DNA of 46,634 bases from Lentisphaeria bacterium (lineage in GTDB: Bacteria; Verrucomicrobiota; Lentisphaeria; Victivallales; UBA1829). A model generated the notes under the pieces. The model ran no database searches and was not told the DNA's origin. It saw nothing but the letters and a program-made list of their open reading frames with translations. The translations under genes and the position numbers were made by a program. Location: NCBI GenBank assembly GCA_017524965.1, contig JAFXUM010000220.1:1-46634 (forward strand), given 5' to 3'. Positions 30,962 to 40,125 of the stretch are shown one piece after another (the stretch's first letter is position 1; every line of letters starts with the position of its first letter).

Positions 30962-33010
30962 TCAGAAATCGCGGTCCATGGAGAACTGCGTGTCGTAAAG
31001 TTCGCGGTAGCGCCCGTTCATGGCCATGAGCTCGTCGTGCGTGCCGCGTTCGACGATCCGGCCCTTGTCCATCACCAGGATCTGGTCGGCGTTGCGGATG
31101 GTGCTCAGGCGGTGCGCGATCGCGAACACGGTGCGGTTTTCCATCACGCGGTTCAGGGTGTCCTGGATCAGCTTCTCCGTCACCGTGTCAAGCGCGCTGG
31201 TCGCCTCGTCGAGCACGAGGATCGGCGGGTTTTTCAGGATGATGCGTGCCAGCACGATGCGCTGTTTCTCGCCGCCGGAAAGCTTGCAGCCGTTTTCGCC
31301 CGCCTCCTCCTCGTATCCGAGCGGATGCGCCCCGGAAACGATGAAATTGTGCGCGTTGGCGCGTTCCGCCGCCTGCCGGATCTCGTCCATGGACGCGCCG
31401 ATCCGGCTGTACGCGATGTTGTTCGCGATCGTGTCGTTGAAGATGATCGGTTCCTGCGTCACGATGCCGATCTGGCGGCGCAGGGAGGCGACCGTGTAAT
31501 CGGTCACCGGGACGCCGTCGATCAGCACCCGGCCGCCGGTCACGTCGTACAGGCGCGACAGCAGGGAGGCGACGGTGGTCTTGCCGCTTCCGGTCTCGCC
31601 GACGACGGCGACCATTTTGCCGCGCGGCACGGTGAACGAAATGTCGTGGAGCACGTCGCAGCCGGGCTCGTAGGCGAACGAGACATGGTCGAAGACGATG
31701 GAATCGCGGAATTCGCGGAGCTCCACGGCGCCGGGCTTCTCCTGAAGCGTCATGGTCGTGTCGACCAGGTCGAAATAGCGGTCCGCGGCGGCCATGCTCC
31801 GCTGGAGATTGTTCACGATCTTGGTGACGGCCTTGATCGGCTGGTACATCAGCACCGCCGGAGTCAGCAGGATGAACATCTGGGAGATCGACACCCCGCG
31901 GGAATACGCGTACACGAGGAACCCGAGGGAGATCGTGACCGTGACGGTCTCCATAACGGGCGTCATGAAAAGCTTCAGGCGGAGCGCCTTCACCACGGTG
32001 CGGAAATATCTGCCGTTGATCAGGATGAATTTCCGCACTTCGCGCGTTTCGGTGTGGTTCGATTTGATCAGCAGGATCCCGGAGAACGTCTCGTGCATGC
32101 GCGAGACCAGCTCCGCCACCTGCGCGAGCGCACTGCGGAAGATGCGGCGGATCCTGCGTCCCAGCCACACCACGGGCACCATGAACAGCGGCATGCCGAC
32201 CACGATGACGATCAGCATGAGGAACATGTTCTGCCGGACGCTCGCCATGATCATGGCGGTGAGACAGGCGAGGATCTCGAGCGGGCACCTCGTGATGTCC
32301 GCGATCACGTCGGAGATCGAATTCTCGATCATGGCGGTATCGTTGGTGCACCGGCTGATGAGGTGTCCGACGTCCTGGTTGCCGAAGAATTTCATCGACT
32401 GGGACAGCAGGCGTTCGTACAGCAGATTGCGCATATCGGCGATCACCCGCGTGCTCACCCAGCGCATGTTGTAGTGGTTGATGTACGTCGCGAGGTTCTT
32501 CAGGACCCATGCCAGGACAAACAGAAACGCATAGACCGTGAAGAACTGCCATGTGACGCGCCCGAAGCCGTCGATGATCGTAAACTCGAATTTCACCGGC
32601 CAGCGTATCGTCAGCGAACGGTCGCCGACGTCGACGGGCAGATGGAAGATCTTCTGATAACGGCGGAGCTTGTCCAGCGCGCTGGTCAGTTTCGGATCGT
32701 TGTCGGCGGGGTGCATGATCTCCGCGACGAGACGCGTCTTTTCCTCGGCGGTCATCCAGTCCGGAGCATCCTCGACCGCGCGGATCACCTCTTCCGCGGT
32801 CTTCCGGTTTTTCGCCGACTGACCCGTGTCCTGGTCCACGATCATGACCATTTCCGGCAGAAGCATCAGGCCGCCGAAAAGCGAGCCGCCGACCAGCAGT
32901 CCGGCGACGATGCCGACGATCAGGCGGACCCGGTACGGGCGGACGAAACGCAGAATGCGCCAGTAGCTCACGGACTTGAAAGTCTTTTCGTTTTCCGATC
33001 GTCTGCTCAT
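30962..33010 (-). CDS. ABC exporter, fused permease/ATPase, MsbA-like, with an enlarged first extracytoplasmic loop
   Basis: 682 aa. Walker A is GETGSGKTT. The signature is LSGGEKQRIVLAR. Walker B is ILVLDEATSALD. The six-TM type-I exporter layout is present. About 95 hydrophilic residues lie between TM1 and TM2. Confidence 0.88.
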   Translation of the reverse strand: MSRRSENEKTFKSVSYWRILRFVRPYRVRLIVGIVAGLLVGGSLFGGLMLLPEMVMIVDQDTGQSAKNRKTAEEVIRAVEDAPDWMTAEEKTRLVAEIMHPADNDPKLTSALDKLRRYQKIFHLPVDVGDRSLTIRWPVKFEFTIIDGFGRVTWQFFTVYAFLFVLAWVLKNLATYINHYNMRWVSTRVIADMRNLLYERLLSQSMKFFGNQDVGHLISRCTNDTAMIENSISDVIADITRCPLEILACLTAMIMASVRQNMFLMLIVIVVGMPLFMVPVVWLGRRIRRIFRSALAQVAELVSRMHETFSGILLIKSNHTETREVRKFILINGRYFRTVVKALRLKLFMTPVMETVTVTISLGFLVYAYSRGVSISQMFILLTPAVLMYQPIKAVTKIVNNLQRSMAAADRYFDLVDTTMTLQEKPGAVELREFRDSIVFDHVSFAYEPGCDVLHDISFTVPRGKMVAVVGETGSGKTTVASLLSRLYDVTGGRVLIDGVPVTDYTVASLRRQIGIVTQEPIIFNDTIANNIAYSRIGASMDEIRQAAERANAHNFIVSGAHPLGYEEEAGENGCKLSGGEKQRIVLARIILKNPPILVLDEATSALDTVTEKLIQDTLNRVMENRTVFAIAHRLSTIRNADQILVMDKGRIVERGTHDELMAMNGRYRELYDTQFSMDRDF

Positions 33011-33046
33011 GTCTGCCGCGCGGTCCGTCGTGTGGATGAATTCTAA

Positions 33047-33063
33047 TTCCGGGGGACCCGGAA
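33047..33063 (-). terminator. Hairpin between pgi and the ABC exporter (weak terminator candidate)
   Basis: ttccggg-gga-cccggaa, a 7-bp stem 14 nt beyond the pgi stop. There is no clear U-run. Confidence 0.3.
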
Positions 33064-33076
33064 CGGAAGCCAGGGG

Positions 33077-34680
33077 TTACTTCGCCTCGACCGTGTAAAC
33101 CCAGCCGCCGTCCTTGCTCCAGGAGCGTCCGATGCGGACCGGGAGCTGACGCGTGGCGGAGTTCGCGGAAAGCTTCGCGAGGATGCCCTCGAGTTCGTAG
33201 AGACTGTCTTCGAGGTTGAGCTTCTGCGCGAGTTCGGAGACGGAACCGGAGAACGGCGCGACGGAGGGAAGCGAGGATTCCAGTCCGGTCAGAAGCTTGA
33301 TGACGCCTTTGCTCGCGAGCTTGTACGCCTGCACGCCGGGCTGGTGGAACGCGTTGATGTGGATGAGTTCGGCGTAGGCCGCCACGGCGCGTTCGTACAG
33401 CGCAATGATCATGCCCAGGCAGAACGCGTTCACCTCCGGGATCCGCATTTCGATCACGTTGCGGCCGTGTCCGCGGAGCGCGTTGGAGAGGCCGGTCAGG
33501 AATCCGTGCAGATAGTCGCCCATGTCGATGCCGTCGGAGACGGGCGCGGGCGTGCTGTCCTTCAGGACCTCGATGAACGTGATGAAGAAGTCGTCGCGGC
33601 CGTCGTTGAGCTGCTGGATGAACGCGTGGGCGTCGGTGCCGCCCTTGTTGCCGAAGACGTTCAGGCCCTGATGCACCACGTTGCCGTCCAGGTCGAGCTC
33701 CTTGCCTAGGCTCTCCATCACCAACTGCTGCAGATAGCGCGACAGCAGGATCAGGCGGTCGGAATACGGCACGATGACCATGTTCCTGTCGCCCTTGCCG
33801 CCGCCCGCGATGTACCACATGGCGGACATCATGTAGGCGGGGTTGTGCAGGAGCGCGGGATTGCGCGTGAGGGCGTCCATGTGGCAGGCGCCTTCCAGCA
33901 GCGCGCCGAAGTCGATCCCGGCGAGCGCGGCGGGCAGATGCCCGACGATGCTGGTCTCGCTGGTGCGGCCGCCGATGGATTCGGCCATTTCGAACGTCTT
34001 CAGCCAGCCCTCGCGGGAGGCGTGCAGATCGAGCTCGCTCCCCTTCATGGTGATGGCGCAGGCGTGTTTCGCGAACGGCAGTCCCGCCTTCGCGTAGGCG
34101 TTCTCGCAGAAGATCATGTTGTTCCGGGTCTCCTGCGTGCCGCCGGACTTGGAGATGTTCACGACGAGCGTGGTCTCAGGTCGCAGACGCGCATGACGTC
34201 GGCGGCTCCGGCCGTATCGGTGTTGTCGAGAAAATAGATCTTCAGGTTGCCGCCGCGCTGTTCTTCGCCGAGTTCGTTCCAGTACGGGCCGTTCAGCGCC
34301 ATCTGGAGCAGCTGCGGTCCGAGCGCGGACCCGCCGATGCCGTTGATGATCGCGGCCTGGAAACGCTTCCCGGTCGATCCGGTCAGCCTGCCGCTGCGGA
34401 TGTCGGCGGCGAACTCCTCGACGTCGGCGAACTCGCCGCTGCCGGAGTACACGGAACGGTCCGTGAAATGCGTGACCTTGCGGTTTTCGTCCGGGTTCTT
34501 GATCTCGCCGCATTCGATCTTCTGCATTTCGGCGTGGACGGACGCGAACCGCGGTTCGATGGCCTGGAGGTCCTCGTCCTCGAATTTCATTCCGGCGAAG
34601 TTGATCTGAAACGACGATTCTCCGTCGACAATGGTATATTTATGGCAGCGTTCGATCCACATGGCGCTCTGTTCCGACAT
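33077..34680 (-). pseudogene. pgi: Glucose-6-phosphate isomerase interrupted by a 1-nt frameshift near 34179-34181
   Basis: The N-terminal part (34680 downward) reads ...IINGIGGSALGPQ...IYFLDNTDTAGAADVMRVCDLRPRSS*. The C-terminal part, in another frame, reads ...PETTLVVNISKSGGTQET...GGRTSETS...NAFHQPGVQAYK. The two ORFs overlap at 34159-34513. Confidence 0.85.
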
Positions 34681-34732
34681 GACGTTTTCCTTTCGCGGTT
34701 TTGTTCGGAGAATGAAAAGCAGTTTATATATT

Positions 34733-34761
34733 AATATATCACGCGTGCGACGGTTTATCAA
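34733..34761 (-). promoter_or_regulatory. Sigma70-type promoter TTGATA-N17-TATATT for pgi
   Basis: On the minus strand the -35 is at 34756-34761 and the -10 at 34733-34738. The -10 sits within a 14-bp perfect AT palindrome (34726-34739). Confidence 0.6.
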
Positions 34762-34827
34762 GCTGTTCACGCTCTTTTCCGCGTTTTCCGCGTACCATGC
34801 GCGGTTCGCGGCACAGGGGGGATCCGG

Positions 34828-35826
34828 TCAGCACGAAATCCGCAGGAACGACGTCCGCGCATGAATCCGGATGTCGTCGGTCCCGGCCGGCACGAACACG
34901 CAGTCGCCCTTGAAGAACTGGAGCATGGAATCGCGGCAGAACATCGAGCCGCATCCGTCGAGGAAGAGGAATATCTCGAACGATTCCGGGGAGGCACGGA
35001 ACGCCGCCAGGTCATGCCGCTGTTCCGTGTTCACCAGCACGCGTTCCACCTGGAAATACCGGCACCGGCAGAGCAGTTCGGAGGCGGTCCCGCCTGAATA
35101 GCGCAGCAGGCGCATCGGCTGGCGCGGCTCCGGCGCGGCTTCGAGGTCCGCAACGGCCAGTCCTTTGTCAAGGTGCAGCGCACGTCTGTTCCCCTTCCGG
35201 TCGGTGCGACCGTAGTCGTACAGACGGTACGTCAGGTTGGAACTCTGCTGGATCTCGGCGATCAGGCAGCCCGCGCCGATTGCATGGACCGTGCCGGGCG
35301 GAATGAAGAAAAGGTCGTTTTTGCGGGCGGGGATGAACTGCAGATACTTTTCCACGGTCCCGTTCTCGATCGCCTTCAGGAAAAGCTCCCGGCCGACCGT
35401 ATGGTGCAGTCCGTAGGCGATACGGGAATCCGGATCGGCATCCATCACGTACCACATCTCGGTCTTGCCGTTCTGCCCGTTTTCATGTTCGCGGGCGAAC
35501 TCGTCGGACGGATGCACCTGCACGGAAAGGTCGCGTTTTGCGTCGATGAACTTCACCAGCACGGGCAGTTCCGTGCCGCCGTGCGCGTGTTCCCCGAGAT
35601 ACTCGGGATGCGCCCGAAGAATTTCGTCCAGCGGCAGTCCGATCCATTCCCCGCTTGCGGCGATGCTCACGCCGTCCGGGTGCGTGGAACACTCCCAGGT
35701 TTCGGCCACGACGTCGGACGCGATATGCTTGGCGAAGTCGTCGTTGAGGCGCGTGCCGCCCCAGAGGTAGTCCTTTGACGCGGGATGCAGCAGGAATGGA
35801 ACGGGACGGGACAAATCGGGCCTCAC
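34828..35826 (-). CDS. manA: Class I mannose-6-phosphate isomerase
   Basis: The GTG start at 35826 overlaps the manC stop (GTGA) and gives 332 aa. KDYLWGG, LSVQVHPSDE, GKTEMWYV, VHAIGAG and YRLYDYGR are present. The upstream part of the 520-aa track ORF overlaps manC and was rejected. Confidence 0.88.
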   Translation of the reverse strand: MRPDLSRPVPFLLHPASKDYLWGGTRLNDDFAKHIASDVVAETWECSTHPDGVSIAASGEWIGLPLDEILRAHPEYLGEHAHGGTELPVLVKFIDAKRDLSVQVHPSDEFAREHENGQNGKTEMWYVMDADPDSRIAYGLHHTVGRELFLKAIENGTVEKYLQFIPARKNDLFFIPPGTVHAIGAGCLIAEIQQSSNLTYRLYDYGRTDRKGNRRALHLDKGLAVADLEAAPEPRQPMRLLRYSGGTASELLCRCRYFQVERVLVNTEQRHDLAAFRASPESFEIFLFLDGCGSMFCRDSMLQFFKGDCVFVPAGTDDIRIHARTSFLRISC

Positions 35827-37142
35827 AGGGACGGCAGTTTGTATTTTTTCTTGTCGAGCCTGGAGATCTCCCGCCCGACCTGAACTTCGATCAGCTTCAA
35901 TTCGGTGTCCGCGAAGACAGTATGGCGGCAGCCCGCCTCGATCGTGATCACGTCGCCGGCACGGACCTTCTGCTCCATACCGTCGACGAGCGTGCGTCCC
36001 TCGCCGCTGATGACGGTCCAGATCTCGTCGCGCTTCTCGTGGCTGTGATAGTTCATGGACTGGCCGGGCTTCAAATCGATCTTGATCGTGAGGCTGCCTT
36101 CCTCGACGTTCAGAATCTGGAACGTTCCCCACGATTTTTCCGCGAACATGATCTGGTTTTCGAACTTGTCGACGATGCTCTTGATGCGCGCCGAACGGTC
36201 CTTGTCCGACACCAGGATGCCCTCCGGCGAGGCGGCGATCACCACGTCGTGGACGCCCATCGCCAGGACCGGCATCGACAGCTCGTTCAGAATATGCACG
36301 TTGCTGCACTGTTCGTCGATCACGGCGTTGCCGAGCGTGTTGCCGGGCATGACCTCCGTGAGCGTGTTCCAGGTGCCGATGTCGCGCCATTCGCCGCTGA
36401 ACCGCATCACCTGAATGTCCGGCTCCTTCTCGACCACGGCGTAATCGAAGCTGATCTTCGGCAGCCCGGCGTACTGCTGGAAAAGATCGTAGTAGTCCGT
36501 GTAGGAGATCAGCTCATGCGCCTTCTTCAGAACATAGCCGATCCGGTACGCGAAGACGCCGCCGTTCCACAGCGCCCCCTGGGCGATGTATTTCTCCGCG
36601 GTGTGCATGTCCGGCTTTTCCTTGAACTCGCTCACGCGGCTCAGCTCCGCTTTCTCCTTCGGAATGATGTACCCGTATTTCTCGCTCGGATGAAGCGGCC
36701 GGATGCCCATCAGCGTCAGGTTCGCTTCGCCCTTCGACGCCTGTTCCCAGAGGCGCTTCAGAAACTCGAAATAATCGTCGTTCACGTACGGGTCGACCGG
36801 GCAGACCACCACGGCCTCGTCCTCGGACGCGCACTGCACCGTGTGAAGGTATTCCGTCGCCAGCACAATCGCCGGGAACGTGTCGCGTCGGCAAGGCTCG
36901 ACCGAAATACCCACGCCGTCGCCGAGCTGATTGAGGAGCGCGGACACCTGCGTCTTCGAGGTTGCGACCGTCACGGTCGAATCCGGGTCGGCGGACTTGA
37001 TCTGGCGGTACACGCGCTGCACCATGGATTCCGGCTGTCCGTCGGGACCGACGAAGAATTTGATGAACTGTTTCGACCGGACATCGTTGGAGAGCGGCCA
37101 GAGCCGTTTTCCCGATCCGCCTGAAAGAAGGATGATGTTCAT
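35823..37142 (-). CDS. manC: Mannose-1-phosphate guanylyltransferase-like nucleotidyltransferase with a C-terminal cupin
   Basis: 439 aa. The N-terminus is MNIILLSGGSGKRLWPLS. The C-terminal cupin reads GQSMNYHSHEKRDEIWTVISGEG. Confidence 0.85.
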   Translation of the reverse strand: MNIILLSGGSGKRLWPLSNDVRSKQFIKFFVGPDGQPESMVQRVYRQIKSADPDSTVTVATSKTQVSALLNQLGDGVGISVEPCRRDTFPAIVLATEYLHTVQCASEDEAVVVCPVDPYVNDDYFEFLKRLWEQASKGEANLTLMGIRPLHPSEKYGYIIPKEKAELSRVSEFKEKPDMHTAEKYIAQGALWNGGVFAYRIGYVLKKAHELISYTDYYDLFQQYAGLPKISFDYAVVEKEPDIQVMRFSGEWRDIGTWNTLTEVMPGNTLGNAVIDEQCSNVHILNELSMPVLAMGVHDVVIAASPEGILVSDKDRSARIKSIVDKFENQIMFAEKSWGTFQILNVEEGSLTIKIDLKPGQSMNYHSHEKRDEIWTVISGEGRTLVDGMEQKVRAGDVITIEAGCRHTVFADTELKLIEVQVGREISRLDKKKYKLPSL

Positions 37143-37164
37143 TTTCGCGGGAATATGAGAAAAG

Positions 37165-38028
37165 TCAGTTGGAAGGTGAGACGGGAAATTCGGTTTTCAT
37201 GAACTCGGCGAGCGCATCGCGCCAGTCGGGCATCGGAGGCAGCCCGGCAAGGCGGAGCATCATCTTGTCGAGGCGGGAGTTCTTCGGACGCGGCGCGGGA
37301 CGCGGGAATTCATCGGTCGTGCACGGGGAGACCGCCTGATTCTTTCCGGCGAGGCGGAAGATCTCCTGCGTGAACTCGAACCATGTGGTCTCGCCCTCGC
37401 ACGTCAGGTGGAACGTGCCGGTGAGTTCGGGCTTCGCGAGGATGTCGCGGAGGCGGCGTGCCACGGCGGTCGTCGAGGTCGGATTGCCGTGCTGGTCCGC
37501 CACGACTTTCAGCACGGGACGCGTGCCGTCCGCCAGCGACATCATCGCGTGAACGAAGCTCGGTCCACCGTGCCCGTACAGCCACGAGATCCGGCAGATC
37601 ACATGGTTCGGGCAGAGTGTCCGCACAGCCTCCTCGCCCGCGAACTTGCTTTTGCCGTAAACGGTATTTCCGCCGGTCGCCCGGTCGAATTCGTTGTACG
37701 GGCGGTCCGAGTCGCCGTCAAACACATAGTCAGTGGAGATGGCGATCAGGCGCACGCCGTGCCGATGGCAGGCGGCGGCGACGTTCGCCGTGCCGAGCGC
37801 GTTCAGTTTGTACGCGAATTCGATCTCGCTTTCGCACTTGTCGACGGCGGTCATGGCGGCGCAGTGAATCACGGCATCGGGCCTGTTCGCCGCCAGAAAA
37901 CGGTCGAATCCGGCCGCGTCCGTGATGTCCGCCTCGGGCAGGTCGGCGATCACGATCTCGCAATCTCTGAACTCGTCCTGAAGCGTGCGTCCGAGCATGC
38001 CCTTCCCGCCTGTGATGAGGAGTTTCAT
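37165..38028 (-). CDS. rfbD: dTDP-4-dehydrorhamnose reductase
   Basis: The ATG at 38028 (ATGA overlap with the rfbC stop) gives 287 aa: MKLLITGGKGMLGRTL...AAMTAVDKCE...YGKSKFAGE. The track ORF start at 38496 was rejected. Confidence 0.9.
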   Translation of the reverse strand: MKLLITGGKGMLGRTLQDEFRDCEIVIADLPEADITDAAGFDRFLAANRPDAVIHCAAMTAVDKCESEIEFAYKLNALGTANVAAACHRHGVRLIAISTDYVFDGDSDRPYNEFDRATGGNTVYGKSKFAGEEAVRTLCPNHVICRISWLYGHGGPSFVHAMMSLADGTRPVLKVVADQHGNPTSTTAVARRLRDILAKPELTGTFHLTCEGETTWFEFTQEIFRLAGKNQAVSPCTTDEFPRPAPRPKNSRLDKMMLRLAGLPPMPDWRDALAEFMKTEFPVSPSN

Positions 38029-38582
38029 TGTGCTTCCTCCCACGGGGTGATGTCCGCGAACAGCGGATGCTTTTTGTCTTTTTCGGAGAGGTTCCAGCGG
38101 GCGGGATTCACGCGCCAGTCGATCCCGAGCGCGGGGTCGTTGAACATGATGCCGCGTTCCGAGGACGGCATGTAGACGTTGTCGCATTTGTACGCGAAAA
38201 CGGCCTCGTCGCTGAGCACGGCGAATCCGTGCGCGAACCCGCGCGGGATGTACAGCTGGCGCTTGTTCTCGCCGGAAAGCTCCACGGAAATGTGCTTGCC
38301 GTAGGTCGGCGAGCCCTTGCGGATGTCGACCGCCACGTCCAGCACGGCCCCGGAGATCACCCGGACGATCTTCGCCTGCGTGTACGGCGCGGCCTGATAA
38401 TGCAGTCCGCGGAGCACGCCGAAGCTCGATTTGGACTCGTTGTCCTGCACCCATGTGTTCGTGATGCCGGCCGCCTCGAACGCCGCCTGGTTCCACGATT
38501 CGAAGAAATACCCGCGGGCGTCTCCGAAGACTTTCGGTTCGATGATCAGTACGCCCGGGATTTCGGTTTTGATGATATTCAT
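38025..38582 (-). CDS. rfbC: dTDP-4-dehydrorhamnose 3,5-epimerase
   Basis: 185 aa. PGVLIIEPKVFGDARGYFFESWN...RGLHYQ...GFAHGF. Confidence 0.93.
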   Translation of the reverse strand: MNIIKTEIPGVLIIEPKVFGDARGYFFESWNQAAFEAAGITNTWVQDNESKSSFGVLRGLHYQAAPYTQAKIVRVISGAVLDVAVDIRKGSPTYGKHISVELSGENKRQLYIPRGFAHGFAVLSDEAVFAYKCDNVYMPSSERGIMFNDPALGIDWRVNPARWNLSEKDKKHPLFADITPWEEAQ

Positions 38583-38646
38583 GCTGCTGGTTCGCCTCAG
38601 AAAAACTGGAATGGATGGTCGGGGTTCAGGGGGATCATGACCTGCG

Positions 38647-39831
38647 TCACGTTTTTTCTCCGGGTGTTTCCGTGTCCTTCAGGATACTGCTCCGGAGCTG
38701 GGTGCTGCTTGTGCTTTGCGTATACGGGAAATATACGATCTCGACGCCCTTGTCTGCGAAATATTCCTCATAGCGCTGAAAGCGTTCCGTCCCCTTGTAG
38801 TCGGACCCGACAAACAGTTTGTCGTAGTGCAGCGTCGCCCACATGTCCGAATCTTCCGGCAGCGCATCCACGGTGCGGTCCACATATCTGCACGCGGCGA
38901 CGATCGCCTTGCGTTCCTCGAAGGGGATGAACGTCTCCTTCCCCTTGCGTTTTCCGCTCGGATGCACGCCGACCACCAGATAGTCGCACTGCTCCTTCGC
39001 CTTCCGGATGATGTTCAGGTGGCCGATGTGGAACAGGTCGAACGTGCCGGACATATACCCGATCTTCACCTTGCGGCCGTTGTCGACTCTGCCCGACTGT
39101 TTTTTATACTCGTAACTGTGCAGGCCGTATTCGTGCGGATCGGCATGATACCGGTCCAGGACGGCTTTGAACGTTTCCTCGTATTGCGGAATGAACCGCG
39201 TTTCGCCGGAGAACAGATGCCGCAGGATATCGCCCGCCAGAGGCAGGAGAAGCGACAGGTCGTTTCTGCCGCCGTAAAACCTGCTTCCGCCGAATTTGGA
39301 CGGGGAAACGTCTAATATCCGGTTCTTCGTCCCGGAAACTTCCAGCTCGATATTGACGGATTCGATCAGGCGGACGACGCTTGCCTTCGACGCGGCGTAA
39401 ACGCTTGCCGAGGGAGAACTCATCCACCCGGCAATAGACCCCAGGACTCCGGCAAAAAAGGTCTCGTCCGACCGGATCCGGTCATAGAACAAACGGATGA
39501 TCTTGATCGTCGACACACTGTTGATCGTCAGAGTCTTGTCGATTTCGGCGATATGATGCGCCTCGAAATCGGCGATCCGGCCGATCCCGGCTGTGATCAT
39601 CAGGAGTTTGACTTCGGGATCCGCCGCAAGCCCCTGAAACAGCGATTCGTCAAAACGAAGCAGATCGCACGGATGATACCGGAACGCCCCTTCTTTCAGC
39701 ACACCGTCTTCCGGCGCGACGCGGTCGCAGATCTCCAGAGTATAGCCCTGCCCGATCAGAAGACTTCCGATCGCGAGGCTAAGACCGTTGCTGCCGCCGA
39801 CGATCACGGCTTTTCCGGGATTCGTTTTCAT
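38647..39831 (-). CDS. Fusion protein: N-terminal short-chain dehydrogenase/reductase plus C-terminal TagD-like cytidylyltransferase
   Basis: 394 aa. The SDR part carries the KAVIVGGSNGLSLAIG glycine motif and the YAASK catalytic YxxxK. The C-terminal part carries GYMSGTFDLFHIGHLNIIRKAKEQCDYLVVGV...RYVD...STSSTQLR, as in glycerol-3-phosphate cytidylyltransferase. Confidence 0.85.
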   Translation of the reverse strand: MKTNPGKAVIVGGSNGLSLAIGSLLIGQGYTLEICDRVAPEDGVLKEGAFRYHPCDLLRFDESLFQGLAADPEVKLLMITAGIGRIADFEAHHIAEIDKTLTINSVSTIKIIRLFYDRIRSDETFFAGVLGSIAGWMSSPSASVYAASKASVVRLIESVNIELEVSGTKNRILDVSPSKFGGSRFYGGRNDLSLLLPLAGDILRHLFSGETRFIPQYEETFKAVLDRYHADPHEYGLHSYEYKKQSGRVDNGRKVKIGYMSGTFDLFHIGHLNIIRKAKEQCDYLVVGVHPSGKRKGKETFIPFEERKAIVAACRYVDRTVDALPEDSDMWATLHYDKLFVGSDYKGTERFQRYEEYFADKGVEIVYFPYTQSTSSTQLRSSILKDTETPGEKT

Positions 39832-39882
39832 ATCTGATGTTCGTTTTCTAAATAAAAGGATAGTCGGATGAATTGTTTCAAT

Positions 39883-39910
39883 AATATATCCCCTGTCATG
39901 TCAAAATCAA
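39883..39910 (-). promoter_or_regulatory. Sigma70-type promoter TTGATT-N16-TATATT for the SDR::cytidylyltransferase gene
   Basis: On the minus strand the -35 is at 39905-39910 and the -10 at 39883-39888, about 50 nt upstream of the ATG at 39831. Confidence 0.5.
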
Positions 39911-39920
39911 GCACGCCGCA

Positions 39921-39941
39921 TGGAAAAAAGCCGGAAAAACG
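39921..39941 (+). repeat. Phased A-tract motif TGGAAAAAAGCCGGAAAAACG (copy 3 of 3)
   Basis: See 11072-11091. It lies just upstream of the -35 of the minus-strand promoter at 39883-39910, in the opposite orientation. Confidence 0.85.
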
Positions 39942-40046
39942 CGTTTCGGCATCCCCCGCCCTCGGACTTTCGGAAAAAAACGATCTCTCCCCGAAGAAGA
40001 ATATCAGGCTGAAACCGGCGAGAACGGCGGCGGGAGGCATATTCAC

Positions 40047-40078
40047 AAAAAAGCCGCCGTGGTGAAGCGGCGGCTTTT
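40047..40078 (-). terminator. Rho-independent terminator of the rpmH...jag operon
   Basis: Stem aagccgccg / cggcggctt (9 bp, 8-nt loop), flanked by A6 and T4 runs. It reads as stem plus T-run on the minus strand, 48 nt beyond the jag stop. Confidence 0.8.
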
Positions 40079-40125
40079 CAGAAAAGTCCGGCTGTCCGCG
40101 CCGGACGATGGAGCCGATCTCAGGC

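Noticed and set aside
26302-31029. 1575-aa ORF on the plus strand, the longest in the track
   Set aside because: It is antisense to copA and the CPA2 antiporter, both of which have unmistakable family motifs (DKTGT, CPC, RCK). Its translation is an R/H/D/G/A-rich low-complexity string with no motifs. This is a typical stop-codon-poor antisense frame of high-GC DNA.
31188-33818. 876-aa minus-strand ORF and the 669-aa plus-strand ORF 31037-33046
   Set aside because: These are alternative frames or strands of the MsbA-like exporter and pgi. The exporter frame has Walker A, Walker B and the ABC signature. The alternatives are Arg/Pro/His-rich.
39868-40065. 65-aa basic ORF with an SD-like aaagga, in the jag / SDR-fusion intergenic region
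   Set aside because: It overlaps the minus-strand promoter and A-tract motif and ends inside the bidirectional terminator hairpin. Its Lys/Pro/Ser-rich sequence looks like translated A-tract DNA. It is not excluded but is unsupported.
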